Source: Cystobasidiomycetes sp. EMM_F5
Lineage: Eukaryota
DNA: 64,000 bases
Reading direction: 5' to 3'
Assembly (NCBI GenBank): GCA_051047955.1
Contig: JBPGPT010000005.1
Location: 558,001 to 622,000 of the forward strand
In this document: positions 50,818-63,247 of the stretch, in pieces
Layout: each line of letters begins with the position of its first letter
How positions within the stretch are numbered: the stretch's first letter is position 1
The notes under the pieces: model-generated
Seen by the model: the letters and a program-made list of their open reading frames with translations, nothing else
The model's database searches: none
Told to the model about the DNA's origin: nothing
Made by a program: the position numbers and the translations under genes

Positions 50818-51685
50818 TTACACGGTCTGAAGATTCTCTACCTCAATCAAGTACTTTGTCATGTCTAGCCAATCCGAGTTGCCGTTGACTTGGATGCTGC
50901 ATGCGACTAGTGCGGACGTTGTATACTGAAACAAGCTTCGTCAGACATGTTCACAACACTTATCTTGCGCAGAACGTACCGGTTGACCAGCAGGATTGGG
51001 TTCGCAATTTGCATCACCGCTTGTTGCGCCCTTGATGCTATCGGATAGACAGTCGAAGTTAGTGTCCGCAAGGCTCAGGCGTCGAGCTTCGTCACGTACG
51101 AGCCGCACTCGAGGGCCCAATCATTGCAAAAATTTCCCATAGTGTTGCTCGTGCCAATGAGGACCGCGCGTCTAGGGTCGTTGCGTTTGCGCATCGCTGC
51201 GCTCTTTAAGTCGCGTTTGGATCGCGTGAGTCCGGCTGGAGGATCTCTTATCCAGGAATTTTGAATGATCACGACCTCCGTTTGGTCGTGGAGTTTACCA
51301 TCTGCCGTTTCTGCAGTGCAAGAAACCAGAAGAGTTTGCTGTGTAACAATTGCATTAGTATCGTTTCTGTGTGAGTCTTTCCGGGTGTTCTGGGTCACAC
51401 TTACGTCCTTGCCTGTGTAGACACTGCCATCGCGGCAGCTGGCGTACCCGGTAACAGCGCCTGGAAGCCTGCAATGACAAACTCAGTATGACAAAGAAGA
51501 GCTGGGAGAAAGGGTACTTACGAGCTGCTACACTCGTTATACCAATTCTTGCAGGCTTCGCCTTCGCTGAGTCCCTCGGGAAGCAGCACGACAAGACGGT
51601 CGTCATTACGTTTCAAAGGGGTGTGCCCCAGGACGCCGGCGACCAGCGCTGCGGCAAGGAGAGAAGAGGATGCGACTCGGACCAT
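50818..51685 (-). CDS. Small secreted Cys-rich protein with two homologous domains separated by KR sites (5 exons)
   Basis: Signal peptide MVRVASSSLLAAALVAGVLG. Domain 1 KR-NDDR...CKNWYNEC...C...C; domain 2 KR-NDPR...CNDWALEC...C...C. Canonical GTAAGT/GTACGT introns. Confidence 0.75.
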
Positions 51686-52298
51686 GATGAATGAGCAGTC
51701 GTTTGGAAAGAGTGTGCAAAGAAGCTCGAGTAGCTAGTCTGAGTGGTTTACGGGGCGTGGAGATGCGGAGATGGAGGAGAAAGAAAGAGGGTGAGATGAG
51801 CAGGAGTGTGGGTTTTATACCTTCTTGCATGCTTCCGGGAACATCTACAGCAGTGTTGTCTCGCCAAGAGGCGGTGTCCATTGGCATTGCTGTTTATGGT
51901 AGGATATCGGAAAGTATCTCCTTCCGGCTCAATGCTGAAGGATGCGCACCAGATGCAGTGCAGGTAAGGCTGGGCATCCATTGAGGCGTGCTGTGTGGTC
52001 AGTGCTCCCAAGCTGTGGCGCGAATCCGACGAGCTGATCAAGTCGACGGAATAAGGCAACGAAGATGGGAACGTCGCATTGGCAGCAGTCGACAAGCGGA
52101 AGTGTCCAAACAAGACGGCATCGACAGCTTCCAAGCTACTGAGCGAGCAATGCGTATAGATGTCGTTGATGATCGCATTCAAGACCACGACATGATCAGT
52201 ATATACTGAACATGGAAACGACAATGTGAGACTTGATTTATACGGCTTGATACATTTGACATGGACAATACTATTCACACGAATGGTATGTAGTGAAA

Positions 52299-54104
52299 CT
52301 ATGCCCAGCGAGCGCTATCCTCATCCAGTCCGGGGATATCGCTCGGTGATTCAGTTCCACTAGCAGAAGCTGGAATGGTCCTCCGTGCTGCCTCATCATT
52401 GAAATCTTGCTTCGATGGACTATCGTGGTGCGCGCCTGACCTCGAACCGCTGTCATGTTCATTCGACATCCAACTCAACTGATCCTTTCCTAGTCGCCTT
52501 CTGGGCGTGACATCGCTGTCGGGTTGTGCAGCATTCGTAGCCAGATCTTGCTGCTCCTCTGCCCATTTGTAAGTAGCCTGAGCATTGCTGCTATTTTGCG
52601 GGGCATTGTTTTGTGACATATCAACCTGCGGGGATGTACTCGTACGGCTTCTAGCCAAGCTGGCAACCGGATGAGATGGAGGGTGTTTAGGAGACGTGTG
52701 ACTAGAGGAGGCAATCGATAAAGGCTGGAGGACCGAGAAGATGTGACCTTCTCCTCCTTGGTCCGGCTGCTGATACGCGTTGAATGGATCCAATATAGTC
52801 TGCACCATTCCCTCTATCATGGCATCCGACGTTGATTTCGTAACAATTCTGTCCGCAGAGTCGATCTGAGACCGTACAACAAGAGCAACCTTGCCGGCGA
52901 CCATGTCCCAGGTCTCTTGTTCGCCGTCAAGAACCTCGTAGTAGCTGCAAGCGTGTATGGACTTAGCCTAGTATGGGAGGCCGAAAAGGCTAGACTCACT
53001 AGTCAGCTTTGACACGATCAAGATCTTCGACGTGCATCTGTAGCTGCATTAATGCCTTTCGAAAGCTCGCAAGATCTGCGTAAGACCGTGAGCTCGACGT
53101 CGCAATGAGCGCCAGTGATGCGTAACTCACCTCGCTGTTTCTTTCGACCTATACGCATATTCTCAGACTCAGTATCCCGTATTTGCTTTGTCCTCAGCTC
53201 TGTATCCTTTTCGTAAGTCAATTGTCGGTCCGCTACTTCGGCTTTATAGTGATCATATTTCTCCAGCAATGGAATCTCAAAAGCTTTGTAGAATGTATCA
53301 GACTGTATGACTGTAAACACTTAGCTGTTACCCGACTCCCATCAAGCGGGACTTGCCAATAATTGCTGTTGATTGCTCATGACATGATGCAGACCGGCAG
53401 CTGCCATGAGCCTCTCACTAGCTGCCGCAGACTCTTGCTCGTCTTCCGCCATATCTTCGTGCTTGGACGCGCTGTCTTTGCCATCCAAATCATCCACCAA
53501 GACAGTGTGACCCAAGTTTGGGGGCTGTTGCCGTTGTTGTTTGGTCTGATTTGCGCCCTTTTGCCTTGCGCAGTCTTCAAGAGCAGACGCAAAGTTACTG
53601 GTGGCTGTTGCCAGGGCCAGCATCGCATTCCGGTAGACTTTTGCTGCGTTGAGGAGGCGCTCATACGTATCCAGCGAGTTGCGCATGTCAGCGCTACAAA
53701 TAGGTACAATAGCATCGGTCACGGCGAGTAACGCAAGTAAGAAGCGTAAGCACCGCCACCTACCGCGTAATGATCACATCCGGGCCAGCATGCGCCTCTG
53801 CCCATTCCATCCTGCTGCCTCTGGTTGCATTTGATGCATTGGTCCGGCTGCTGCGAGCTGACAATGTTGGCGACGGCGGGCCTTGGAGTGCGCGAACCCT
53901 GTCTGCTGATGCAGCATATCCATTGCTACGATTTGGCGTGCTGAATGCTGCTTTCGACAATCCCCCAGCGGGCGCACCGGGTCGCCGTATTCCATTGTTA
54001 TTGCGAGGGCCAGGCGTACGTGCGCCTACGCCGTTCGTGCCAGGCAGCGGTGCAATATCAGAACTCTGCGACGAGCTGCGCGAATGCAGCGGCCATAATG
54101 GCAT
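52299..54104 (-). CDS. Ivy1-like I-BAR/IMD domain protein (multi-exon)
   Basis: GPPSPTLS, IITR|ADMRNSLDTYERLLNAAKVYR..L..LATATSNFASALEDCAR.KGA, AAAGLHHVMSNQQQLL|SDTFYKAFEIPLL, DLASFRKAL. Confidence 0.7.
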
Positions 54105-54312
54105 GATGCAGGATTAATGGTGCAAAGACACAGAGCTGGGGCAAGTGAGACATGAACCATCATTTTGCATGATCGAATACACGACACAGCCCGCGAAGGC
54201 TGCACTTGCTACGCATGTACATTCAGCTGCTGCACTAACCGCGACGGCGCTATGCCTTTCTTCATGGTTGATGTCCAGTTTCAATGGCTTTGAGGACCGC
54301 TTTCGCCATCAG

Positions 54313-54788
54313 CTATGTCTCCCTTTCTGCTACAACGACGCTAGCGACGTAATGTCCATCGTGCGAGACACTCAAGTGCAACCGGAGGCTATCTGGCCAG
54401 ATCGTTGTCTCTAGGGTAGTAAAGCTCATGGTCGGTTTAGGCGCTCCAGCAGGCTTGAGAACCTCCACATCCTTCCAAGTAGACTTGCTTGATTGTGGAT
54501 ATAGCGCTTTGTAGGCTGCTTCTTTGGCTGTCCATCTTTTCTCATACGTCTGTGGTCAGCTACAGCGCCGAGAACTGCTGGAAACGCGCCTCACCTGACA
54601 GCTAGATACCTGAGCCTTCGATGTACCAGAAGCTGGCCAGCGTGGTCGGCAGCATGTGGCAGACTATCCCATTCAGAGCGTTCTGCATCAGTCAGGATAC
54701 GTCTTGCCAGCCTATCGAGGCCCCTGCGCTGAACCAGATGTATCAACCTTGGCAGGTGGAGAATGTCGAGGCCGAGTCCAACGAGCAT
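54313..54788 (-). CDS. AcpS-type 4'-phosphopantetheinyl transferase (Ppt2-like), 2 exons
   Basis: MLVGLGLDI, LARRILT..E, YLAVR|WTAKEAAYKAL, KP, LHLSVSHDGHYVAS. Confidence 0.9.
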
Positions 54789-54937
54789 CTTTTGTGCAGT
54801 GTGTTATACTGAGCATGTCAAACTAGTGCTTGCATTTTCAGAAGTAGTGCATGCAGCTTGTCCCAGCGGTGGGTGCGAAGCCAAAGGCGGGACCCCGAAG
54901 CGAGCAATCCTCTCTTCGTTCGACCCACAATGCAACA

Positions 54938-55969
54938 ATGACCACGAATGGAGAGAGCAGCTATACGCCAACGGCTTCCACATCATCCATCAGCCTTGGA
55001 CCAAGTACCGATGACCTGAAGCGAGAGCTCGCTCGCCGGGCCGAAGACGATGACGGGGATATCGATGTCGACCCCATGGAGGACGCCGAAGCAGCGGCAG
55101 TGGAAGCACAGGCTCACGATCTAGAGAATCGGAGACAGTCACAGTTGCGGAAGCAGTCCCGTTTCACCAAAGCTTCAGTCATCATACCGCCAGAGAACTT
55201 TGCTATCGTCGAAGATAGCCTGTACCGGAGTGTGCGTTTCTTGGACAACAGACTGTGCTTGTTTTATAATTGCGTGTCTGACAATATGTTACAGAGTCAA
55301 CCTACGGAACTGAACTTTCCTTTCCTGCAACGCCTAAACCTCAAGACTTTGATATGGCTGGCGCCGGAAGAGCTAAATCAGCCCTTGTAGGCAGTCCATA
55401 GCGCCTACAAGCACCTCGTTGATGTTACTAATAGTCAAACTTATATGTCGGCAGTCTTCAATTCCTGGACGAACAACACATTGAGATGCACCATCTTGGC
55501 GTACTTCAGACTGCGAACGCGTGGGATCCGCTCACAGAGGAGATTGTCGTGAAGGCGCTGTAAGTCTTGCACACATCTTACGCCTGACTGTTTTCAGGCC
55601 TGTGAGGGAGCGCGGGCTGAAACTCGTATATCCAACAGTGATGTTATACTGCAGCCCTCATCTTACCCCCTTATGATAATGTGCAATCTCGGTCGTCACA
55701 GGACGGGCACAGTCGTTGGATGTCTGCGTAAATTACAAAGATGGAATCTCGCCAGCATCTTCGAAGAGTATCGTCGGCACGCTGGTGCCAGAGTGAAAGT
55801 GATGAATGAACAGGTATATTTACAAACAGCATGCTACTCAAGTCGATGCTTATTAAACATTCTTACTCTCTTACAGTTCATTGAGCTATTTGATGCTGAT
55901 ATTGTCAATATCCCGGCATACCCCGCCGCTCAGCGCAGCCTGCTGAACGGTATCGACGCAGGCACATGA
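54938..55969 (+). CDS. Siw14/Oca-family tyrosine-phosphatase-like protein (multi-exon)
   Basis: [33 protein letters not shown]5R motif [36 protein letters not shown]. Confidence 0.9.
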
Positions 55970-56499
55970 ACCATACATGCGAGATAATTATTAATGACCG
56001 CTTCCTATCACGAGCAGTAGCAAGTGAGCACGTAGTACTGTATCTATGCCATGCCTGCTGTAATCTGCATCGTTCCACCGCAGCCGCGATCACCATTGCG
56101 CCGTAATCCATCGGAAGCTATCTGCAATCAGAATAGCGAGACTACAGAAAGAGCTGTGCGAATACCTTAGGGATATGCTGATGAAGCGGAGTCAGCACTG
56201 CTGGGTCAATGAAAAGAGTATCTGCAGCAAGGAAGGGATCTTCCGCCCGTATCTGTCGTAGCGCTTCATGAGACTTAGGAAGGCACGTCATAGAAGGCGG
56301 TTGGGAGAAGGTGTATGCAATCCGAGATATCTTTGCCGACTTACCTCTATCGCAGGTTGATTGGCGTGTCCTACGCTACCACATAGTCCCCAAATTTCCG
56401 AGTCACGCGAAGGCTTCTCACATATCGACGTGGTGACCAATTGTCGGCGGATGCGGCGCACAATCCAGCCTTCACAAAAGGCCAATCATTCGTATGCAG

Positions 56500-57253
56500 T
56501 CATGTCTCTGCATTATTCTGAGCCATAGCAATCTGCTGGAGCTTAGCGGCGAACTTCTTGCTTCGTATGGGCGGTGCAATGTAATCCGGCTGATCTGAGA
56601 CCGCTTCGTTGAAAGGGTTGGAAAGGTATGCGATGTAGGCGTTATGGATGGCTCGGAAGATCTGTACAGCATGCACACGATGTTAGCGGACAGATCCGGC
56701 AGGTCAATCAGGACTTGATAGACAGCCATACAGTCTTTATGTCATTGTCCTTGATGACTTCTTCGGTCAACGCGATGGATAGAACCAACTTTACACGGGT
56801 TGTGGTATGGTAACCGTAGCTGTATCATCTTCCGCATCAGCCCTTGTACATTGCCGTGGTAAGGAAAGCCAGCCTTGTACGACTCACACAGCATAGTCGT
56901 CCATGATGTGCAGTAAGCCAGAGTATTGATCATTCTGCCTGACATTGTTGGTTTCTGAGGTCGCAAGCAGGACGGCATCAGAGCTGGGGTTATAAGCAGA
57001 ATCAATGCTACACGCACCCTGCTCCTCAAACAAATCCAAGCTCGTGTGTGCAACGAAATGCCATTTGAGCTCCTCGTCTGGTGTCGGCTTTGCGGTGGTA
57101 TACGCCTGTACAAACAGCGGTTGATCGTGACGGCCTGGTGCGATATTGAGTGGGGAAGCGGTACTGTTGGCCGCATTAGCACGGCCTACCTATCAACGCA
57201 ATGGACAGTATCTTCATGTCTGAGCTGGATGGAGGTCGATCCAGACTGATCAT
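56500..57253 (-). CDS. TRAPP complex sedlin-like subunit TRAPPC2L/Tca17 (5 exons; start may be 57217)
   Basis: Spliced by hand: MKILSIALIG|RHDQPLFV...LKWHFVAHTSLDLFEE|...YSGLLHIMDDYAV|YGYHTTTRVKLVL...KDNDIKT|IFRAIHNAYIAYLSNPF...PIRSKKF. Not evident in the ORF track. Confidence 0.85.
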
Positions 57254-57712
57254 TGACTAGGAATAACACAACCTCCACGTATCATGCGGGCAGTCTAGTT
57301 TGCATTGCAGCGTCTCGACGTCAAGACACAACATGCGTGTTGCAGCCTACATAAAACGAGGCTGGCATCACCACGACCACCTTGATTCGCAGGCAGGCTC
57401 TCGGCCATGCCCGTTGATCACGGAGACAGGCTGGAGAACCGGCAGGGTAGGCCGGGCTGTTGGTACAGCGCTACATGCACAAAGACTATCCGCGACAATC
57501 CTCTTAGGTCGAATATCTCGTGCAGAAGAAAGCCCGCGCAGCCTTAGGCCGGCGAGCGGATTTCCTGTTAAATGCTCTATTTTTACGCGCGCTGCTCCTA
57601 GGCCTTTATGTCATACTCGGCGATGTGAAATCAGGTAGTCACTGTGTTGCAGATACCTCACACCTGCTCCAACTGCGTTCTGACAAGCCTTGGATGACCT
57701 CCTTGTGACACC

Positions 57713-58304
57713 ATGTCGACGTCGTCGCCTTCAAGCGCGTGCATTGTCCGTCCTGGCACAACATACTGGACAGCTTCCCAGATTCCCAAGCAGCGAGAGC
57801 TCTTGTACATGAACGATCTCACATACGGCCAGCCCAGAGATGAAATATTATCGGAAGCTGAGCAGCACAGCGACAGGCCCGTAGTGCGTACAAAAAAGAT
57901 CTGCAGCAATCGCCGAACTGACCTTGAAATTTTATATACAGGCTGGGCGCGACGTTGCAGGATCTGACAATGTCGACGATATACCAAGCTACGAGGTAGC
58001 AACGAGTACAACTGGCCGATCCCGGGACGGAAGCCAAAGCTCTTCAGATTCATCACCTCACGCGCTTGTATCGCCGAGCGTGGCAAACGCGGATGCAGGA
58101 GCGCCGCAATCAAGGTGAGGCATAGAGCAGGGAACGCTCAAACATTCAGCTGATAGCAGTGCATACATCTGTGCCATTTGCCATCCTTGTCCATTCTTGT
58201 TTTGGAGCAGCACGACCGCAACGTGTAACTCAACAGAAGATCAGCAGAAGCAGACTGCCGAAAAGCAGACAAAGTTGAAGAAGATACTCCACCGCTTCCG
58301 GTAA
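57713..58304 (+). CDS. Small orphan protein A (3 exons, IPSYE motif)
   Basis: Reading frame stays open across a phase-0 and a phase-2 intron and ends KLKKILHRFR*; paralog of the next gene. Confidence 0.5.
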
Positions 58305-58940
58305 CATCAGTGACTAGATATGAAGAACTCGGGAGCGCGAAATATGATGTTGACACCACCAACCCTGCAATTATTGGTTATGAATTCGAGGTGAAGACTT
58401 GGCGATACGAGGATGGTGTTGATGAATGATTTCTACTGTATGAGCAATTCCCCAATAGAGAGGCACATAGCCTTCAGCATTGTTCTGCCATGCGTGTAAA
58501 CAGTATGCTCTCCGTTTTGGATTTTCAGCGACGTTCGCTGGCACGAAATTGATGCGGAGTATATGCGATGCATACGGTGAGTATAAGACACATAGACTCG
58601 CTGAATGATGTTGGACCCGAAAAGAACGTCGTAACGCTGCCGAAGTGATATGCGCCAGATCTGGAGAAGCCGCGTCTCCACGCTAATCAGTCTAAGCAGT
58701 GTGCCTGACTTTCCATCATGACGTTATCTAATCCTTTTTCACAAGCTAATCATGGGTCTAATCGCTAGTATCGTTTTGTAATCAAATTCGAGGCGAGGAG
58801 GCCAATTCATTAGCATTAGCTAGATTTGAAAAGGAGTAGGAGAATTTCACAAAGTCGAAAGCGATACAAGACCCCGCGGGGCCGGCTGACTCCCTCTTTT
58901 CTCTCTCCCTGCTCAACTTCTATCACACTACCTTGACGCC

Positions 58941-59535
58941 ATGGCTAGTATCGAATCTGCACTGTCTAACGATGCTCCGGATGTTGCAGACTCTTCGCAG
59001 GCTGCTCGCGTTGCCACCAGCGAGTATCAGTGCATGAGTGTTGTGGACATCTATTTGTTTGCGATGCAAAGGAGGGAGCCAGATCTGGGCTACATTCAGC
59101 GATTAGACTATTCGCCTCCGAAGGGCAAAGCCACAGAGCTCGAGGTCAGTACGATACGCTGGGAGCAATGAGATCAGCCTGACAGGTTTTCTGCAAATTT
59201 AGCCCGAAGCTTGTGATCCAATTCCATCTTACGAAGAAGCCATGAAGTCTGCACCAGTTCCGAGCGAAAAGGAACTCACTTCCGACAAGGAACCGCCGCT
59301 CAAGCTTGTCCGCTCTATTTCTCACACCCTCTCAAATAAAATTGGCAACATGATCCTACCACCGATAGAGTATGTACAAACATTTTACTCTCAAATGAGC
59401 AGGTGCTGATCGAAGAGTTGCTTCTTGATTAGCCCTCCGACGCCAATCAGCTCCAGGGACGCGAAGCAACAGCCGTCACTTCAGGGCCAGCAGCGAAAGT
59501 CGTTTCGCGGTATTACTCGCCGTTTGCGAAGCTGA
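58941..59535 (+). CDS. Small orphan protein B (3 exons, IPSYE motif)
   Basis: Reading frame stays open across a phase-0 and a phase-2 intron and ends SFRGITRRLRS*. Confidence 0.55.
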
Positions 59536-59900
59536 GGAGGGAATTACTTGTCACCCATACGACTATTACGAAGGGGGACGAAACTTTATGCATGGACTCT
59601 GGTGGAATGAAGTGTCGTTATCACATTTATCGCAAAACTCCGTGCTCTCTGCCGGGATCTCAAGCAGTATGATAGAGGTTCCGAGCGTATAAGATATACC
59701 TGTTGTGTTGTTTCGCCTGCGGCCGTAGCTTCTTCGTGATCTGAAATAAAGCAAGTCCGAACGGGCGAGCCACGGATTTCTCCATGTCAGCATTCGAGTT
59801 GCCACCTTGGACAGTGGTCCGAGCATGACTTTGGCTGCGACCTTGAGCTCAACAAACCAACAAACGCCCACTGCGAAATCTGTCGGAGCAAATTTGGTGT

Positions 59901-61502
59901 ATGCAGGCCGCACGAAGCAGACTCGCCTCGGTTTCCAGACAACTGTCCACATCAACCATGGTCAGTCCAGTGTCCGGAGTCCGGTCGCGTCAACATTTTT
60001 GTGCCTTGGTGGGTTTGTTGCTGAGAGGCTTTTCGACAGACTGCAGCAAACGGAACGTCCTCTGGCATTCGCGAAGTTGTTATTGTGTCAGCGGTGAGCT
60101 AGTCTGGAGTCAACTCCGCCTGTCGAATACGCACAGGGCTCGACTGATGGCAGCGCTTTTGACGAAACCTTCTGGGTCCTATTCATAATCCGACAACGGT
60201 CTACGATGGTCGTCACTGTTCAATCCACAGAAACGCACGCCTGTCGGCTCCTTCAATGGCAGTTTGAAAAAGGTCACCGCGCCGGAACTTGGAGGCACTG
60301 CCATTAAGGCCGCTGTCGAGGCTGCTGGTATTGAACCTGCCTCGGTGCAGGATGTCTACATGGGCAATGTGCTGCAAGCCGCGGTTGGACAAAGCCCGGC
60401 TAGACAGGCCTCAATTAAAGCTGGCTTGCCGCATTCGACAGAAGCCACTACCATCAACAAAGTGGGTGTAACCGCTCGAGTCTGCAATATTGTTCACAGC
60501 TCAAGTTGTGATTGTGATGTCGTAGGTGTGCGCCTCTGGCCTAAAAGCCATCGCACTCGCTGCACAGGGCATCCAAACCGGCGACCGCGATATTTCCGTA
60601 GCCGGCGGAATGGAGAGTATGACAAATACGCCTTTCGCTTTCCCCCGTAATCAAGTATACGGCAACGTGACATCTTTAGACCTGATCTATCACGATGTAA
60701 GCTGGCTGGCAGAGTATTCTGCGTCGCGGATGGCTGACACGACCTTTCTCGCCAACAGGGTTTGTTCGATGCATATAACAAAGTACCGATGGGTAATTGC
60801 GCAGAAAAGACCGCCAAGGACTACGGTCTCAGTCGAGAAGACCAGGATAATTTCGCCATTGAGTCTTACAAGAAGGCAGCTGCAGCATGGCAATCGGGAG
60901 CTTTTAAGAGCGAAATTGCACCAGTCACCATCGCGGATCGGAAAGGGTCCATTCAGATCGCGGAAGATGAAGAATACAAGAACGTCAAATACGATAAAGT
61001 CAAGACGCTTTCGCCAGTTTTCGTCAAGGATGGGTCTGGAACGATCACAGCTGCCAATGCGTCAACCATCAATGATGGAGCGTCTGCTGTTGTCTTGATG
61101 AGCCGCGAGAAAGCAGATGAAGTTGGTGCAAAGCCTCTGGCGAAAATTATCGCATTCGCAGATGGCGCTGTCGCACCGATCGATTTCCCAGTTGCGCCCG
61201 CCTTGAAGGCAATCCCGAATGCACTCGAGAAAGCTGGCTTACAAGCTTCCGACATTGCGTTGTGGGAGATCAACGAAGCCTTCTCGGTAGTTGTTCCCGC
61301 AAGCGTCAAGGTATTAGGTATCGACGCAGACAAGGTGAATATCAACGGAGGGGCCGTCGCTCTCGGCCACGCCATTGGCTCATCTGGGTCGCGCATTGTG
61401 GTATCTCTCGTCCATGCTCTCAAGAACTCTGGAGACTACGGCTGTGCGGCGGTCTGTAACGGCGGTGGCGGAGCCAGTGCGATTATTATCCAGAAGATCT
61501 AG
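59901..61502 (+). CDS. ERG10: Acetyl-CoA acetyltransferase (thiolase II) with putative mitochondrial presequence
   Basis: [19 protein letters not shown] (Cys), [21 protein letters not shown] (His), [10 protein letters not shown] (Cys). Confidence 0.92.
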
Positions 61503-61696
61503 GTTCTACGGTCTGTTGTATGCTCGCGTACAGCGAAACCCAACACAGGTCATCAGGCGGTAACGATCACGCTCATTGTCTGACCGTGGCTGTGACTATT
61601 TATTCCCCTTACCGCGCAGATCGGGCACGCTCCGAGAGTCGCTTGACGCTATCCGCTAAAACGTCACATCGTGCATATCCGCCACGAGCTGAAATC

Positions 61697-63008
61697 ATGT
61701 TTGGGATCTGTCGCGCCATCTCTGATAGCTCACGGCTTCACTATACGTGGTCGCCTTCCAAGACACAGCGACTTGAGGACAGGCTGCAAGAGTCGTTTCT
61801 GCAGACTGCCCTCCAAGACCATGGCAAAACAGTGACGAGGTTGACGACAGATCTTCCTGACGGTCGTTCCATCAGCTCGTTCCGCATAGCCGGAGTATCG
61901 TATGGCCCAAGTGAGGACGGGACGCAAGCAGCACCGCTGGTGTTTATCCATGGTTTTGGAGGCGGAAAAAGCACCTGGTGCCCATTGCTGCTACATGCTA
62001 TACCTGACATTCCCAATCGCGACATCTACTGTCTTGATCTGCCAGGTATGGGCGCAAGTACAGCTTGCGTCCATTCTGCACAGCGAGTCTTTCGCAGTGC
62101 ACGCAAGGAAGCGACTGACGGCGGGTCAGATCTTGCAAGTCTCGTGATTCATACAGCGTCGAGGTTCTCTAGCTGAAACGCACTGGATGTAGGCATTGCA
62201 CTTTTACTCGTCGGCCATTGAGGCTTGGCGTGTTCAGATTGGTCTTGAGAAGATGGATCTCGTAGGGCATTCGCTGGGTGCGCCGGAACAGGCTTATTGG
62301 GTTGTGAATTATTGACCGAGGGCATTTTCAGGAGCTCTCGTCTCACTGCACTTGGCGACGAGCACTGCTGCTGCGAGTATTGACAAGCTGATCCTGCTGT
62401 GTCCTGCCGGATTAAAAGCAGCTCCGGTAGCACCGTCTTCGAGCGGACCGAAATTGGGCGGAAAGGAAGCTGAAAAGCCGTTCCTGCGGGCACTGAACAA
62501 GTTCCTCGGGTTTTTATGGTCAACTTGGGGCCTGACACCTCTTAGCGTCGCTCGGTTAAGCGGGCCAATGATGCCACTACTGATTCATACGTTCCTGCGA
62601 AAGTATGCGCACTGGCAATTGGGAGATGCCGCAACCAGCGATCTGTTCCATACGTATTTCTATGCTCTCGTACGAAATAGAAGCTCCGCCGAGGTGTTTA
62701 TGCGCTATGCAGTCGGTACGTCTTGCTCGCGTTGTCTAAGCCATTGAAGTCAGAGACTGAGCTCTGCTCTAGGGCCCCGTGGAGACTCAGCGGCCATGTC
62801 GAAAGACATGATGTCCACTCTGGATCAGCATGTAGATGTTTCTTGCGTGAGAGGAGAATATGACTGGGTTCCTCCCTATGACGGGTTACTTGTGGCAGAT
62901 CAGCCGGTACGCATCATCCAGCTTCCCGGACTGGGACACAGTCCGCACTTTGAGGATCCGAAACGTGTATGGGCAGCTTTGCGTTCGCTTCTCACAACTT
63001 CCTGCTAG
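61697..63008 (+). CDS. Alpha/beta hydrolase (ABHD4/5-, Cld1/Ict1-like; multi-exon)
   Basis: LVFIHGFGGG, YCLDLPGMG, LVGHSLG nucleophile elbow, LILLCPAG, GEYDWV, GHSPHFEDP. Confidence 0.8.
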
Positions 63009-63247
63009 TCGATATATAGGCTTGTTGTGACTTCCGACGTGCCTGCTTCTTTGGGATGCGCTGGTTTCCGTTTGAATAATCAATCACCAGCGAAGATTGA
63101 AAAGGTGTCTCAGAATTCCTGATATGAATACGTGACATGCAGTCCGGTGCTGCGACAGCGTCAATCCAGAAAGGTCTTACCAGTTGTTGAAGGCAAAAGC
63201 TGCATCAGCCGGACCATCTGGGCGAGCACATCATTGAACAACGCAAA

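Noticed and set aside
56050..56470. Intron-like GTAAGT...CAG segments downstream of TRAPPC2L on the minus strand
   Set aside because: No ORF or snoRNA boxes could be supported; possibly UTR introns.
3864..57253. Many membrane-trafficking genes in one window (SCY1, Rab, Ysc84-like, VPS52, IVY1-like, TRAPPC2L)
   Set aside because: Interspersed with unrelated genes, and the category is large, so chance is sufficient.
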